Source of the DNA: a virus
Taxonomy: Duplodnaviria > Caudoviricetes
DNA length: 64,000 bases
Direction: 5' to 3' (one strand)
Virus record (IMG/VR): IMGVR_UViG_3300037512_000559
Coordinates: 3,253-67,252 of that record
The stretch's first letter is position 1. Every line of letters starts with the position of its first letter. The notes under the pieces are model-generated. The model did no database searches and had not been told where the DNA came from. It was given only the letters and a program-made list of their open reading frames with translations. Below are positions 43,235 to 53,441 of the stretch, in pieces. The position numbers and the translations under genes are program-made.

Positions 43235-43582
43235 TCAAATCCGCGTCGGGCCATCAAAATGCTCGATGCGGACTTTTATATACTCCCGACCTTTCTTAAC
43301 GATAATTTTTCGGACGATTGCAAGGTATATCTCCTTGTCGTTAAACCCGTATTTCTTTTGGAGAATGTCGCCAAGAGGTTTGCAGGGGTTGTCGTAATCG
43401 CTCTGGGAGTTGCTGAAACCAAATTCGTAGTAGATTTGATAAGGTGGTTCTGGTAGGGTGATTCGCGGCAAAATAAAGAGCATCGCCCTTTCGTATCGCT
43501 TGTAGTCATCGGTCTTGAACCGCCTACCTTTCCACGCCTCGTTCACCGAGAGAGGCTTAATATCTACCCTAATCTCACTCAT
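43235..43582 (-). CDS. RusA-like Holliday junction resolvase
   Basis: PLSVN, DYDNP.K...DIL....GFND..I motifs. Confidence 0.75.
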   Translation of the reverse strand: MSEIRVDIKPLSVNEAWKGRRFKTDDYKRYERAMLFILPRITLPEPPYQIYYEFGFSNSQSDYDNPCKPLGDILQKKYGFNDKEIYLAIVRKIIVKKGREYIKVRIEHFDGPTRI

Positions 43583-44312
43583 TGGCAAAGACTGGTTCGG
43601 TATAGCAACAACAGTTCGGATGCAAAGGCAAAATTATCGTGTCTATCGGATAGACCTTATCCAGATACGAATCACACAGGGGGCAATCGTAGAACGAGCC
43701 GCGATGGATGGTGTAGCCGATTGCACCTTGCTCCGCATAGTCAAGTAGGGTGGCGAATTGGTACGCTCGTTCCATATAGTCCCGAATCAGCCTTTGTATC
43801 GCCTCAACGATATTCCTGTCATAGCCCTTACCCCACTTGAGCGCACCGAATCCAGCACCCCTCCAGAGTTCGGATGCCATCGGATTCGCAAGGTATGTGT
43901 TGAGGCTCGTCCATAGTTGCCATTTCGATAGTCCATAGACCGCCGCGACCGCAACCCAACACTCCAGAAGTTCCTTCAAGTGGGATGCGTGCATATCGAA
44001 GCGGAAAAGCATCGTTTCACCGTCTATTTCACGTTCTGCGTACTCCAGCGATTCATCTTCCCAATCATCATATTCGAGCGATTTAAGGAGGTTTCTCGCT
44101 TCATTACGGGCATCTTCAAGAAAGCCGTCCGACAATTGCCGCAGAATCTTGTTTACCCTTGCGTCCACTTCGGGGTTATCCGCGAATGCAAACTTATCGC
44201 TCCGTTCCCTCCAAACGAGGTCAAGGATGTCAAAGACCGCCTCGCGGACACGCGACCTTACGTTCCTTCCCGCTTTCGCAAGGGCATCCGTGACTATCTT
44301 CTGCTCGGCCAT
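43575..44312 (-). CDS. Minor head/head morphogenesis protein (SPP1 gp7/F-like)
   Basis: C-terminal HRGS...CPLC...LPLHPNC.C; follows the portal. Confidence 0.7.
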   Translation of the reverse strand: MAEQKIVTDALAKAGRNVRSRVREAVFDILDLVWRERSDKFAFADNPEVDARVNKILRQLSDGFLEDARNEARNLLKSLEYDDWEDESLEYAEREIDGETMLFRFDMHASHLKELLECWVAVAAVYGLSKWQLWTSLNTYLANPMASELWRGAGFGALKWGKGYDRNIVEAIQRLIRDYMERAYQFATLLDYAEQGAIGYTIHRGSFYDCPLCDSYLDKVYPIDTIILPLHPNCCCYTEPVFANE

Positions 44313-45808
44313 TATGCGTTAGCGCGGCTCTGGTTGACGGGGTTGTTTTTCTGCCCCTGCTGGGCGAGCGAATCGGCTACAAGTTGGTCGTGCGCCTCTT
44401 GCAGAATACGGCTCCACTCATCAGCCGTGCCGTAACCCGTGTCGTATGCGATTTCGGTTGCGGTCTGCTTCGACAGTACGCCAGCAGCCACAAGCTGAAC
44501 GAGGGAGTTAACCACATCACTCTCCGACATAAAGACATACGGGGCAAGGTATGGCTTGATGATGAACTGCTCGAAGTCAGAAGGCTTGCCGAGTTCCACG
44601 CTATATGAGTATCGAAACAGGGTGGCTACGCGGTCGAGGAACGGCTGATATTCCATCGAGTCCTCAAGGGCCTTCGTGAAGGAATCCGCAAAAAGCATCT
44701 TGACCGTGAGGCTCGACATATCCGAACCAGACTTGATTTCCGGCGTTTCCACCGCGAACGAGCCGCGCATAATGTTCTTCTCCATTATGCCGAGTTGCGA
44801 AGCAAAAGCACCGTCTGCGCCCTCTGCTGGTTCGAGGAATCCAACTTTTGCATTGGCATCTGAGGAGTCTATTCTCGCTGGCGTTCCGTCCGTATTCGCC
44901 ATCACCTCCATATCGCCGCCGAGGGTGTAGAGGATGCGAAGGGCGTATGCCGCATTGTTCTCTGCGAACTGCGAGATTGCGAGTTCGTAACCATCAATGA
45001 GAGGTTGGGACGAAGCCCAGACGGGGCCTGTGTTGCGGCGGTGGTATGCGACCGGGCAGATGGGGAATCCGTGAGCAATCGGGTCGCCCTCCATTTCCCA
45101 CTTACCCTCATCGTTCTGCTTGTAGGTTACGAAGAAATTGCGGTCTATGACATCAAGGTAGCAAGATTTCTTTCCATCCCAATCTTCTTCCCAATACTTG
45201 CGGCCAAGCAGTTCGATTTCCCCCGTCAGAGGGTGGTAGTGCGGATAGAGAATGTCGCCATCTTGGTATGAGAATACGCGCCACCCCACCTTGCCGTTGT
45301 CGAGGTACACATACACCGCGCAGTCAGCCGTGATGTAGTCCGACGCAAAGGCGTTGTCGATAGCCACCTCAAGGTTGTGCGCCTCCCATCCCTCGCGGTA
45401 TCGTGCGAGAATATCCTCCCCCTTCTGGTTACTATGATTGGAGATAACCTTGAAGCCGATGTTGTTACCGAGAAGGGCGGTCTTGCGTTTGGTCTTGATG
45501 CGCTCTTGGAATCCGATTGCGATGCGGCTGCGAACCTTCGCTTGGTATTTGCCCTCGCTCTGGTTGATGAACACGGAGTTGGGGTAATACTTGATGGAGT
45601 TGATAAGGTGCGAGTTTACGTTGTACTCGCAGAGGAAGTCCGCCTGTGAGCGAACGACGGTCTTGATGTCTTGCAGCGGCACGACACCAACGTTTGCGTT
45701 GTTGATGATAGGCCCCCAGACGTGGTTCGGCGGGATGGGAATGCGAAATGGCATCTTCCGCATAATCTGTTCGGGGGTCATCTTTCCGATTTCTGGAATA
45801 GGTCTCAT
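44312..45808 (-). CDS. Portal protein (SPP1 gp6-like)
   Basis: About 500 aa after TerL; FSY.DGD.LYPHY, PVAYHR, SG..LKMLF-like and LSK.TA.E patterns. Confidence 0.8.
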   Translation of the reverse strand: MRPIPEIGKMTPEQIMRKMPFRIPIPPNHVWGPIINNANVGVVPLQDIKTVVRSQADFLCEYNVNSHLINSIKYYPNSVFINQSEGKYQAKVRSRIAIGFQERIKTKRKTALLGNNIGFKVISNHSNQKGEDILARYREGWEAHNLEVAIDNAFASDYITADCAVYVYLDNGKVGWRVFSYQDGDILYPHYHPLTGEIELLGRKYWEEDWDGKKSCYLDVIDRNFFVTYKQNDEGKWEMEGDPIAHGFPICPVAYHRRNTGPVWASSQPLIDGYELAISQFAENNAAYALRILYTLGGDMEVMANTDGTPARIDSSDANAKVGFLEPAEGADGAFASQLGIMEKNIMRGSFAVETPEIKSGSDMSSLTVKMLFADSFTKALEDSMEYQPFLDRVATLFRYSYSVELGKPSDFEQFIIKPYLAPYVFMSESDVVNSLVQLVAAGVLSKQTATEIAYDTGYGTADEWSRILQEAHDQLVADSLAQQGQKNNPVNQSRANA

Positions 45809-45825
45809 ATTTCGTGTTTTGTTGA

Positions 45826-47475
45826 TTAGCAAAAGTATCCCCAATTACCCCTGCGCTCCTTTGTCTTGCGCTTTGCGTTGTCGGCGCGGTCAATGGCGTA
45901 GAGCAGGGCTTCGATAAAGTCCGGGGAATGACCGATAATGGCTTTCATATCAACCTTCTTGATGAGGGTCTTGGGGTTCTCCATTTCCGCCCATTTGAGA
46001 ACCATCCTCTCGACCATCAGCCGCTCCTCAATCGTGAATTGCGACTTGTTCTCCTTGAAGATTCTCCGCAGCACATCCGGCTCGATGGATATTTCTCCGT
46101 TCTGGAGTTTTTCGATGAGAATGCCCGCGCATTCGCTTTTTCGCTTGGTGTAGGAAGTCTTGTCTATCGCACCCGCCTTGTTGTCGAAGGCGTAGCAATG
46201 CCGCATATCCTCGCTCTGCTTGACCCAGTTACCCATACCGTTGACATCGAAGGCGAAATCTTCGTCAGCGATGCCGTTGCGCCTCTGGAATGCCTTGATT
46301 CGCGGTATAACATCCTCGGAGGTGAGCCACCTTGCGGCATCCACATCCACGATGTGCCAGCCATCCATAGCCCATTGAACGAACCAGTCACCGCGCAAGG
46401 CGATGTCTGCGCCACCGACCTTTCGCCCCGTTGTCTGCGGGGTATTGGCGAAGAAACGCGCCATATCCGAAGCCGTGACAAGCGCACCCGTATCGTCCAC
46501 ATCCCTCCAGACACCACGAATGTCATTGATGGTCGCCTTGCTGCCGCCAGACGAAATGCGGTTCATATATTTCGGGTCGGAAACGTGGAGGATTTCATTT
46601 TCGGCATACGCACCATCTATGAATGTCACGGAGGTAATGAAGCTCCTGTAATCCCTGTCGGGGTTGTCGGTCAGCGATGCAATCTTGGCTCTCGCATTCG
46701 GGTTGGCATACACCTCCTCCGGCGAACCGCCCCACGCAATCTCGGTGATGTCCTCACCGTATCGCACGAAGTACCTCAACACGCCACTCCGTTCTGGAAT
46801 CGCCTCATCGGTAACGGGGTCTATCCACCAATCCAAGAACCACCGTAGTTTGTTGCTCTTGCCAACGGGGTTGCAGGTGCAGATGAAGCGAGGGCGAACG
46901 CCCGTGGTGCTTCGGTTAGAACCCATAAGGTCGAAGATGACATTAAGGTTCTCCTTCGTAAACTCCGCCAACTCCTCGATTACGATGTACGGCATTTCCG
47001 CTCCTCGGAATCGGTCTTTGACTTGCTTGAGGTCGGCAAGGTGTTCCATCTTCATCACCGCCCCACTTCCGGCAAAGAACTTCGCTTCGTATGCGGTATC
47101 GGCAAAGGACGCGAAACCCCTAAAAATCGGTTTGCAAGACTTCCAGATACCTCGCTTTACATCGGCTTCGTAACGGCGGAAGCCGTAGAGGTTAACATCT
47201 GGATTGTCGGCATAATAGAACGCCCCGATGAGGCTAACCGCCGTCTTTCCGCTGCCTCGACTTCCTCCGCATATAATCAAGTCCGCCTCGCTTGTCAGCA
47301 CCTTCTCTTGAAAGCCCTGCTGGGGTACGATGTTCCATATCCGCTGACCCTTCCGCTTCAAATCCAGATTCTCCTTGCGGAGCAGATTTGCGTACTCGTT
47401 GGTATAGACCTCAACGCCCAGATTGAGAAAAACGGGGTCGAGATACAATCGTTCGTCTATGATGGCGGCTTGCAT
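45826..47475 (-). CDS. terL: Terminase large subunit
   Basis: GGSRGSGKT Walker A, IVIEE Walker B, TCNP, GADIA..D nuclease, SPDF.EA. Confidence 0.9.
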   Translation of the reverse strand: MQAAIIDERLYLDPVFLNLGVEVYTNEYANLLRKENLDLKRKGQRIWNIVPQQGFQEKVLTSEADLIICGGSRGSGKTAVSLIGAFYYADNPDVNLYGFRRYEADVKRGIWKSCKPIFRGFASFADTAYEAKFFAGSGAVMKMEHLADLKQVKDRFRGAEMPYIVIEELAEFTKENLNVIFDLMGSNRSTTGVRPRFICTCNPVGKSNKLRWFLDWWIDPVTDEAIPERSGVLRYFVRYGEDITEIAWGGSPEEVYANPNARAKIASLTDNPDRDYRSFITSVTFIDGAYAENEILHVSDPKYMNRISSGGSKATINDIRGVWRDVDDTGALVTASDMARFFANTPQTTGRKVGGADIALRGDWFVQWAMDGWHIVDVDAARWLTSEDVIPRIKAFQRRNGIADEDFAFDVNGMGNWVKQSEDMRHCYAFDNKAGAIDKTSYTKRKSECAGILIEKLQNGEISIEPDVLRRIFKENKSQFTIEERLMVERMVLKWAEMENPKTLIKKVDMKAIIGHSPDFIEALLYAIDRADNAKRKTKERRGNWGYFC

Positions 47476-47481
47476 ACACAA

Positions 47482-47553
47482 CAAATATGAAACAAAAAGA
47501 GAAACAAAGTGAAACATTTGTTTCCGTTTGTTCCGCGAAATACATTATGTTTG
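47482..47553. promoter_or_regulatory. Bidirectional late promoter centred on the palindrome GAAACA-TT-TGTTTC
   Basis: Palindrome at 47511-47524; TATGTTTG 21 bp to the right and CATATTTG (minus strand) 21 bp to the left. Confidence 0.65.
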
Positions 47554-47572
47554 TTGTGGTTATAGACGCGAA

Positions 47573-47746
47573 ATGACAGAAAACGCAGACAAAGGAATAC
47601 AGGTTCGCTGCCCTCTTTGTGGCAAGACCTTTCCCGTGCGAGTGAAGGAATTGAAGGGCGTTCTTCGTCTTTCCGTCCGATGCCCGCAATGCAAGCGGGT
47701 GAGCAGTCTTGAACTGCAAGACATAAACGCCGTGAGCGTACAGTAG
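47573..47746 (+). CDS. Com-like zinc-ribbon regulator
   Basis: VRCPLCGK...VRCPQCK. Confidence 0.6.
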   Translation: MTENADKGIQVRCPLCGKTFPVRVKELKGVLRLSVRCPQCKRVSSLELQDINAVSVQ

Positions 47747-47849
47747 GCTACCAGAGTTCCACTTTTGAGAACCAAACAGGCCCGTAAGCAGAGGTTATCA
47801 CGCCTCCGCTCGCGGGCTTTTTTATTAACCACAAAGTTCTTTAACACAG

Positions 47850-48509
47850 ATGAAAACAAAAATTCTGAACGCGCTCAAAACCGAATACGCGAATCTGGGG
47901 TTGGGTGACAAGGCTTTCGATGGGGTTGCCTCGTTCCTCGAAAAAACCATTACCGATGAGGCAAAGATTCAAGATGAAATCAAGACCGAACTCGTCAAGA
48001 ACCTCCTCAAGTCCATTCAAGGCGAAAGCGACTCGCTGCGCAACCGCGCAACCAAAGCCGAAAAAGACCTTGAGGACTACAAGAAGCTCCACCCGGAAAC
48101 CACCCCGCCTACACCGCCAACGCCACCGACGGAAACCGAAAACGAAAAGAAGTTGCGTGAGCAGTATGAGGAGTTGAAGAAGCGGATGGATGATGCGGAA
48201 AACGCCCGCAACAACGAAACTACACTCGCATCGGTTCGTAGCCGCCTCGAAACAAAGGAGGGTTGCACCAACAAGGGTATCCTTAATTCCGTTCTCAAGG
48301 GCTTCGCGCTCAATAAGGACGAAACGGAAGATGCCGCAATCGCCCGGCTCAAGGAGGATTACAACCGAACCTACACCGAAACCTTCGGGACAAGCCCCGT
48401 GCCTCCCCGTGGCGGCGGTAGTGGTGAAGGTGATGCGGCGGCAGAAGCAAAAGCCAAGAACGACTGGCTCCGTCAGCAGGGGCTTCTCCCCAAAGAAGAA
48501 CAATCATAA
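47850..48509 (+). CDS. Capsid scaffold protein
   Basis: Charged coiled coil with a Pro-rich linker; precedes the capsid genes. Confidence 0.7.
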   Translation: MKTKILNALKTEYANLGLGDKAFDGVASFLEKTITDEAKIQDEIKTELVKNLLKSIQGESDSLRNRATKAEKDLEDYKKLHPETTPPTPPTPPTETENEKKLREQYEELKKRMDDAENARNNETTLASVRSRLETKEGCTNKGILNSVLKGFALNKDETEDAAIARLKEDYNRTYTETFGTSPVPPRGGGSGEGDAAAEAKAKNDWLRQQGLLPKEEQS

Positions 48510-48529
48510 TCCACAAATCAATCATTACT

Positions 48530-49249
48530 ATGCCTAAATTCAGCTCTTTCAACGCTTATGGCTCCGAGGCCAGAAACATCGGCCAGAGCCATATCCCCGT
48601 TTGGCTGGGAACTGTGACCCCCGTCCCCGTGGGTGGCTCTCTCGTTTCCGCCTTCTTGAAGAAGGGCCTGCTCCTCGGTGCGGGTTTCCCTGTGAAGCTC
48701 GATAGCAAGGAGATTACCCCGTTCATCGGTTGGGTAGTCAAGGCTTTCACCGCTGGCGATGGTGTTGAGGTCACGACCGACTCCATCTTCCTGCACGCTG
48801 CCGAACTCGGCGGTGTGAAGATTCTCCCGGCGGTCGGCGACTTCATTATGAAGGTCGGCTCGACCTTCGCCGCTACGGGTAAGGCCGCAGCAGTTACCGC
48901 AGTTGACCTCGTTACCGAGGGCGACAACGCCGGAACGTATGAGGTCAAGGTGGCTCACTCTGCAACCGTTGACACCCCCTCCGCAGGTAGCGTCATCGCT
49001 ATCTCGTCTGCTGCCGCCGCCGGCTCCAGCAAGTCGCTCAAGGTTATCCCGAATGGCTACCTATACAACGACATCTATCTGGGCGACCTCGACGATTCCG
49101 ATGCCGCCGTTTCCGCAAAGACCATCGCCGCCACGGGTGCGGTCGTGAAGTTCCACGCCGAAGGTCTGATTGTCGAACTGACCCCCGCTTCGGCGGTCAA
49201 GTCGCAGATGGCAGCAGCCGTTCCGGGTGTGTTGCAGGTGCTTGTTTAA
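48530..49249 (+). CDS. Head decoration/auxiliary capsid protein
   Basis: A/V/T-rich; between scaffold and MCP; NGYLYND motif. Confidence 0.6.
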   Translation: MPKFSSFNAYGSEARNIGQSHIPVWLGTVTPVPVGGSLVSAFLKKGLLLGAGFPVKLDSKEITPFIGWVVKAFTAGDGVEVTTDSIFLHAAELGGVKILPAVGDFIMKVGSTFAATGKAAAVTAVDLVTEGDNAGTYEVKVAHSATVDTPSAGSVIAISSAAAAGSSKSLKVIPNGYLYNDIYLGDLDDSDAAVSAKTIAATGAVVKFHAEGLIVELTPASAVKSQMAAAVPGVLQVLV

Positions 49250-49275
49250 CCCTTTAACCCAGAGGAGAAAATACT

Positions 49276-50442
49276 ATGGATACCTACAACATTCAGTTCT
49301 ACGACCTGCTTTCTCGCGCACTTGGCGCAGGTGAGAGCATTCAGAGTTTTCTGAACAACACGATGGCCCTCAAGTACAATTCGCTCCAGCTTGACGGTTT
49401 TACCTTCGAGCCGACGATGCAGACCGACTTCACCTACGAGCAGATTGTAGGCGAGCTTGGTCTGAACGTGATGGCGCAGTATTACGACCTCGACTCGCCC
49501 GCTCTGCCGGACGGTACGATGGGCTTCAAGTCCTACACGGGCAAGATTCCGCGTATGAAGAAGGTCGAATACTTCAACGAGGACAAGCTCCGCAAGATGA
49601 AGCTCATTGAGGACAGAAAGAGTGTCACCCCCGAACAGGTGGCCCGCATTGCCTATGAGCAGCTTTTCATCACCGTTGACAAACTCATCGGCGGTCACAC
49701 CAATGCGCTGACCTATCAGCGTCATCAGGCGGTCTCTACGGGTAAGTTCACCATCAACAACACCAACAACCCGAAGGGTGTCAAGAACATCACGATTGAC
49801 TACCACGTTCCCGCGGCCAACAAGACCACGCTGACCTCCACCGCTCGCTGGTGGACTTCTTCGACCCACACCACGGCCAACGAGGGCGTAAATAGCGACC
49901 CCGTTAACGACCTTGTGGCGGTTGTCGCAAAGGCTCGCAAAGAGGGCGTTCGCGGTCACTTCGAGGTGGAGATTGACTACCTCAAGGAGTGCCTTATGCA
50001 CTCGAAGGTTCTTGCCGTTATCGGCATCGCCGCTCTCCCGGCTGCACAGGCCGCTTCGCAGTCTGCTTACGCGGGCATTATGTCCTACGAGCAGCGCAAA
50101 CAGGCTCTTGAGAGCATCATCGGTGCGCCCATCAAGGCCATCGACTCCCTTGTCCCTGTTGAGAGCATCGACAAGACCGAAAAGGCGTTCACCCGCAGCA
50201 ACATCAACGCATTCGAGAAGGATGTGTGGGTGTTCGTCCCGGATGGCAACATCGGTACGGTCAAGACCGTCGAGCCTATCGCCATCGAAGGTGGTAACTA
50301 CGGCTCGTTCTACGGTGGCAAGCTGCTGCTTACCATCGGCGTGGACTTCGTGAAGAAATGCCAGAGCTACAACACGGAAATGACCTCGCTGGTCGTTCCT
50401 TCCGTGCCGCAGTATATGTGGTATCTCTACCCGAACGCCTAA
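49276..50442 (+). CDS. Major capsid protein (phage E/HK97-like)
   Basis: 388 aa; GKIPRMK, Q.VSTGK.TI...NNPKG, W.......DP..DL and TSLVVP motifs. Confidence 0.85.
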   Translation: MDTYNIQFYDLLSRALGAGESIQSFLNNTMALKYNSLQLDGFTFEPTMQTDFTYEQIVGELGLNVMAQYYDLDSPALPDGTMGFKSYTGKIPRMKKVEYFNEDKLRKMKLIEDRKSVTPEQVARIAYEQLFITVDKLIGGHTNALTYQRHQAVSTGKFTINNTNNPKGVKNITIDYHVPAANKTTLTSTARWWTSSTHTTANEGVNSDPVNDLVAVVAKARKEGVRGHFEVEIDYLKECLMHSKVLAVIGIAALPAAQAASQSAYAGIMSYEQRKQALESIIGAPIKAIDSLVPVESIDKTEKAFTRSNINAFEKDVWVFVPDGNIGTVKTVEPIAIEGGNYGSFYGGKLLLTIGVDFVKKCQSYNTEMTSLVVPSVPQYMWYLYPNA

Positions 50443-50480
50443 AAGTTCATTGAAAGTGCTAACCAAACCTCGTCGAAGAA

Positions 50481-50858
50481 ATGGCTGACATCGCAAGCAA
50501 TATGACAATGGTGAGATGGCTTCGCGCAAAGGTCGATAACATCATTGACCTTTCGGATGACTTCATCTTCTCTACGCTTCTCGACCGTGGAATCACGGAC
50601 GATGCTACCCTCTATGGGAATGCTACGGAGAAGCAGCGCGACCTCTGCCTTGCAGATGTGTATTTCGGTGCAGCCATTTCTTCTACGAAGTCGGGGACGC
50701 AAGGAGAAAGCGATGGTGGTTGGACGCACTACATTTCTAACAAGAACGTGGTGAGCCGCGATGCTCTCTTGAAGATGGCCCGCGACCTCTACGCGAAGTG
50801 GGATGAGCCGTTCGACGACCCGGCAAAGGTTAAGATAAGCCTCAAAGACCTCTACTAA
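50481..50858 (+). CDS. Head-tail connector/adaptor
   Basis: RDLCLADVY...GGW.H...A..LY.KW; follows the MCP. Confidence 0.6.
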   Translation: MADIASNMTMVRWLRAKVDNIIDLSDDFIFSTLLDRGITDDATLYGNATEKQRDLCLADVYFGAAISSTKSGTQGESDGGWTHYISNKNVVSRDALLKMARDLYAKWDEPFDDPAKVKISLKDLY

Positions 50859-51292
50859 TGTCGCAATACTACAACCCACGATGGTCGAGCCGTTTTTGCG
50901 TTAGGGGTTCCTCGCTCGATGCGAGCGGGCTTCCCGTAACGGACGAGGATGGCGACCCCGTTCTCGCCACGGTTTCACTCGAAAGGGTTATTTGTGACCG
51001 ATACGGCAACCCAACCTTCGATTCGGCTGGGGAGTTGGTGACGGAAACGGTAGATGAAATGCCCTGCTCTTACCGAACAAGTACGGGCGGCATCAAGGAT
51101 TCCGGCGATGTGTTTCAGTCGGACTTCAAGATGTCTTGCCCGATGATGAAAACGCACCTCGAAGAAGGTACTATCATCGTAGTCACGGATAAGACGCATC
51201 AGTTCACGGCGGTTGTCAAGAAGATGACTACCTACAATTGGGGAACGAACATCTGGATTGACCGATACGGCAATGAACAGGACGGCTTATAA
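50858..51292 (+). CDS. Head closure/stopper protein
   Basis: Position and beta-rich content. Confidence 0.5.
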   Translation: MSQYYNPRWSSRFCVRGSSLDASGLPVTDEDGDPVLATVSLERVICDRYGNPTFDSAGELVTETVDEMPCSYRTSTGGIKDSGDVFQSDFKMSCPMMKTHLEEGTIIVVTDKTHQFTAVVKKMTTYNWGTNIWIDRYGNEQDGL

Positions 51293-51749
51293 CAACCAAC
51301 GCAAGAACAAATCAGCCTTCAAGCGCGGATTTGAGAGCTTGCGCAAGTACGCCGATGGTATGAGTGAGGTTGTGATGCGCAATATGGCCCGTGATGGGCT
51401 TAATGCGCTTCTCTATGAACACGACACCCACGAATCGAATATGCACCACGCGACCGAGAAGAACACCCTCGCCTATGCGCTTGCGCACAACGGTGTTTTA
51501 GTCGAATCCGGCTATCACAACGGTGGTGAGGATGACCTTCCGGGCGATGCGCTTGAAAACGCCATCAAACTCGCTTGCGAGCAATCCGGCTGGTGCGCAG
51601 TTATCCTTTCCGACTTGAACGGAGGATGGTATAACGTGGCATTGGAGGAGGACTTGCTCAACGCGGCCCGTGGCGACATCCAAGACAATTGGGGCGGATT
51701 CTTCGGCAACGAATATCTCACTCCCGGCGCAGTACCTAAACCCTCGTAA
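51273..51749 (+). CDS. Neck/tail completion protein
   Basis: Position in siphovirus gene order. Confidence 0.45.
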   Translation: MNRTAYNNQRKNKSAFKRGFESLRKYADGMSEVVMRNMARDGLNALLYEHDTHESNMHHATEKNTLAYALAHNGVLVESGYHNGGEDDLPGDALENAIKLACEQSGWCAVILSDLNGGWYNVALEEDLLNAARGDIQDNWGGFFGNEYLTPGAVPKPS

Positions 51750-51752
51750 ACT

Positions 51753-52172
51753 ATGAGCCTTTACGACCAGACACCCATAGAGACCGCAATCTGCGATGCT
51801 ATCCGTTCGGCTAACGTGTCGAAGAATGTGTGGGCCAACCGACCCCGTTCTACGCAAGCCGACCTCGCGGACTTCGTAGTTGCTCGCGTCAGCGGCCCGA
51901 TTCGCGCCCTTACGGGAAAAGACACCCTCGGAGAATGCACTATCTCCATCGCGCTTTTCTCCCGTAACGTGAGCAATATGAAGAACTCCAAAAAACTCTC
52001 CGTTATGGAGGGAAAGGTGGATGCGCTTCTCTCGGTCGGGTATCTTGGCGATAGTCTGACCTTCAAACCTTTCTCCCTCCGCGTCCTCGGCGATTCGGAC
52101 GATGGAAACGGTTATCACTTTCGGCTACTCAACATCCAAACTTACATTAAAAACCTACCTAAAACCGACTAA
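51753..52172 (+). CDS. Tail terminator protein
   Basis: Precedes the major tail protein; NRP...DFVV and D..GYH motifs. Confidence 0.55.
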   Translation: MSLYDQTPIETAICDAIRSANVSKNVWANRPRSTQADLADFVVARVSGPIRALTGKDTLGECTISIALFSRNVSNMKNSKKLSVMEGKVDALLSVGYLGDSLTFKPFSLRVLGDSDDGNGYHFRLLNIQTYIKNLPKTD

Positions 52173-52174
52173 AA

Positions 52175-52774
52175 ATGGCAGCTACTCTTACATCAGCTAT
52201 GCTCAACGACCTCAACACGGGCAACTCTGTGCTGAAGCTCATTCCGTATGTCGCTGGTACGGGCGTAAATTTCGATATTACTGGTGGCGTGGACTTTTCA
52301 CAGGCGGAGGAAATCTTCACCCTTGAAAACTCGTTCCAGATTAGCAAGGATGCGCCCTCGTTCACCTCGACCAAAATCGACCAGAAGCACAAGGTCATCG
52401 ACTCTGCGGTGAACGCTGGCGAGAACTACACGATGCAGGGCAACATTCCCTCCATCGCCGTTGCGCTCCTGTCCTTCGCTTTCGAGGAAGGCTCCGCCTC
52501 TGCCGCGAAGGTGAAAATCTCGGCCAGCGAATCCTACGAAGGCACGAAGGCGTATAAGCTCGGCTCGAAGGAGAAGGAGTACACCGTACTCGCAATCTCC
52601 CAGAGCGGCAAAACCGCCATCGCGTTCGCTCGCGTCAAGTTCATCTTCTCCGAACCGCAGCACGACGACAACTCCACCCCGACCTACGTTCACTTCGATG
52701 CGGTCGTTATGCCGAACGAACACGCCTCTGGCGACTTCGCTCCGCTCCCGACTCACACCGTCAGCAGCCAGTAA
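52175..52774 (+). CDS. Major tail protein
   Basis: 199 aa, beta-rich; followed by a terminator, chaperones and the TMP. Confidence 0.7.
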   Translation: MAATLTSAMLNDLNTGNSVLKLIPYVAGTGVNFDITGGVDFSQAEEIFTLENSFQISKDAPSFTSTKIDQKHKVIDSAVNAGENYTMQGNIPSIAVALLSFAFEEGSASAAKVKISASESYEGTKAYKLGSKEKEYTVLAISQSGKTAIAFARVKFIFSEPQHDDNSTPTYVHFDAVVMPNEHASGDFAPLPTHTVSSQ

Positions 52775-52798
52775 TCGGGCGATACGGAAACCCAAACC

Positions 52799-52830
52799 GA
52801 GGGGCGGGGTGAAAGCCCTGCCCCTTCTTT
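52799..52830 (+). terminator. Intrinsic terminator after the major tail gene
   Basis: AGGGGCGGG-TGAAAG-CCTGCCCCT followed by TCTTT. Confidence 0.65.
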
Positions 52831-52844
52831 AATTCTACAAGCGA

Positions 52845-53441
52845 ATGAATAAACCCGAACAACCATCCCTGCAATCGAGGAGCGAGTATGCCGACATCGT
52901 GAATAATTCCGTCACGAAAGTAAACATCCTCGGAACGAAGAAATCCGTCAGATTGCGCTGGATAAAGCCATACACACTCGAAAGGCTATCCCAAGTATGG
53001 CTTGAAAGAGAGAACGCCGCAGAGAGCGTCAAGACTGGTGCGGAGGTACTGAAAGATATGGCCCTTGAGCCGTATTTCGCTTTCAAGGAGGCGGCATTGA
53101 TGATTCTTAACCACGACATCAAAATCCGCCTTTTCTATTGGATTTACTGGCGCATTTTGGCGCATCGGTATAGCGAGGCACAGATTCTCCCAATCGTTGA
53201 AGAAGGTAAAAAAAAACTTCCGCTTTTGGCGCACTACGAAATTATGGTGTACTCGACGGATATGAGGACGGACTGGATGAAACTGACGAAAAAGGAAGCC
53301 GAGCAGTACCGAGCCGCACAACTCTCGGATGTGAAGCAGCTTTTGTCAAGGACTTCCCCTCTTACGGCCATCCTCGCTGGCGGTTTTTCCGATGGGAGAG
53401 GAACTTCGGGTACAGATGCGTCCTCACTTGCGCCCAGATAG
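52845..53441 (+). CDS. Tail assembly chaperone (G-like)
   Basis: Between the MTP and TMP; EEGKKK encoded by an A9 tract. Confidence 0.7.
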   Translation: MNKPEQPSLQSRSEYADIVNNSVTKVNILGTKKSVRLRWIKPYTLERLSQVWLERENAAESVKTGAEVLKDMALEPYFAFKEAALMILNHDIKIRLFYWIYWRILAHRYSEAQILPIVEEGKKKLPLLAHYEIMVYSTDMRTDWMKLTKKEAEQYRAAQLSDVKQLLSRTSPLTAILAGGFSDGRGTSGTDASSLAPR

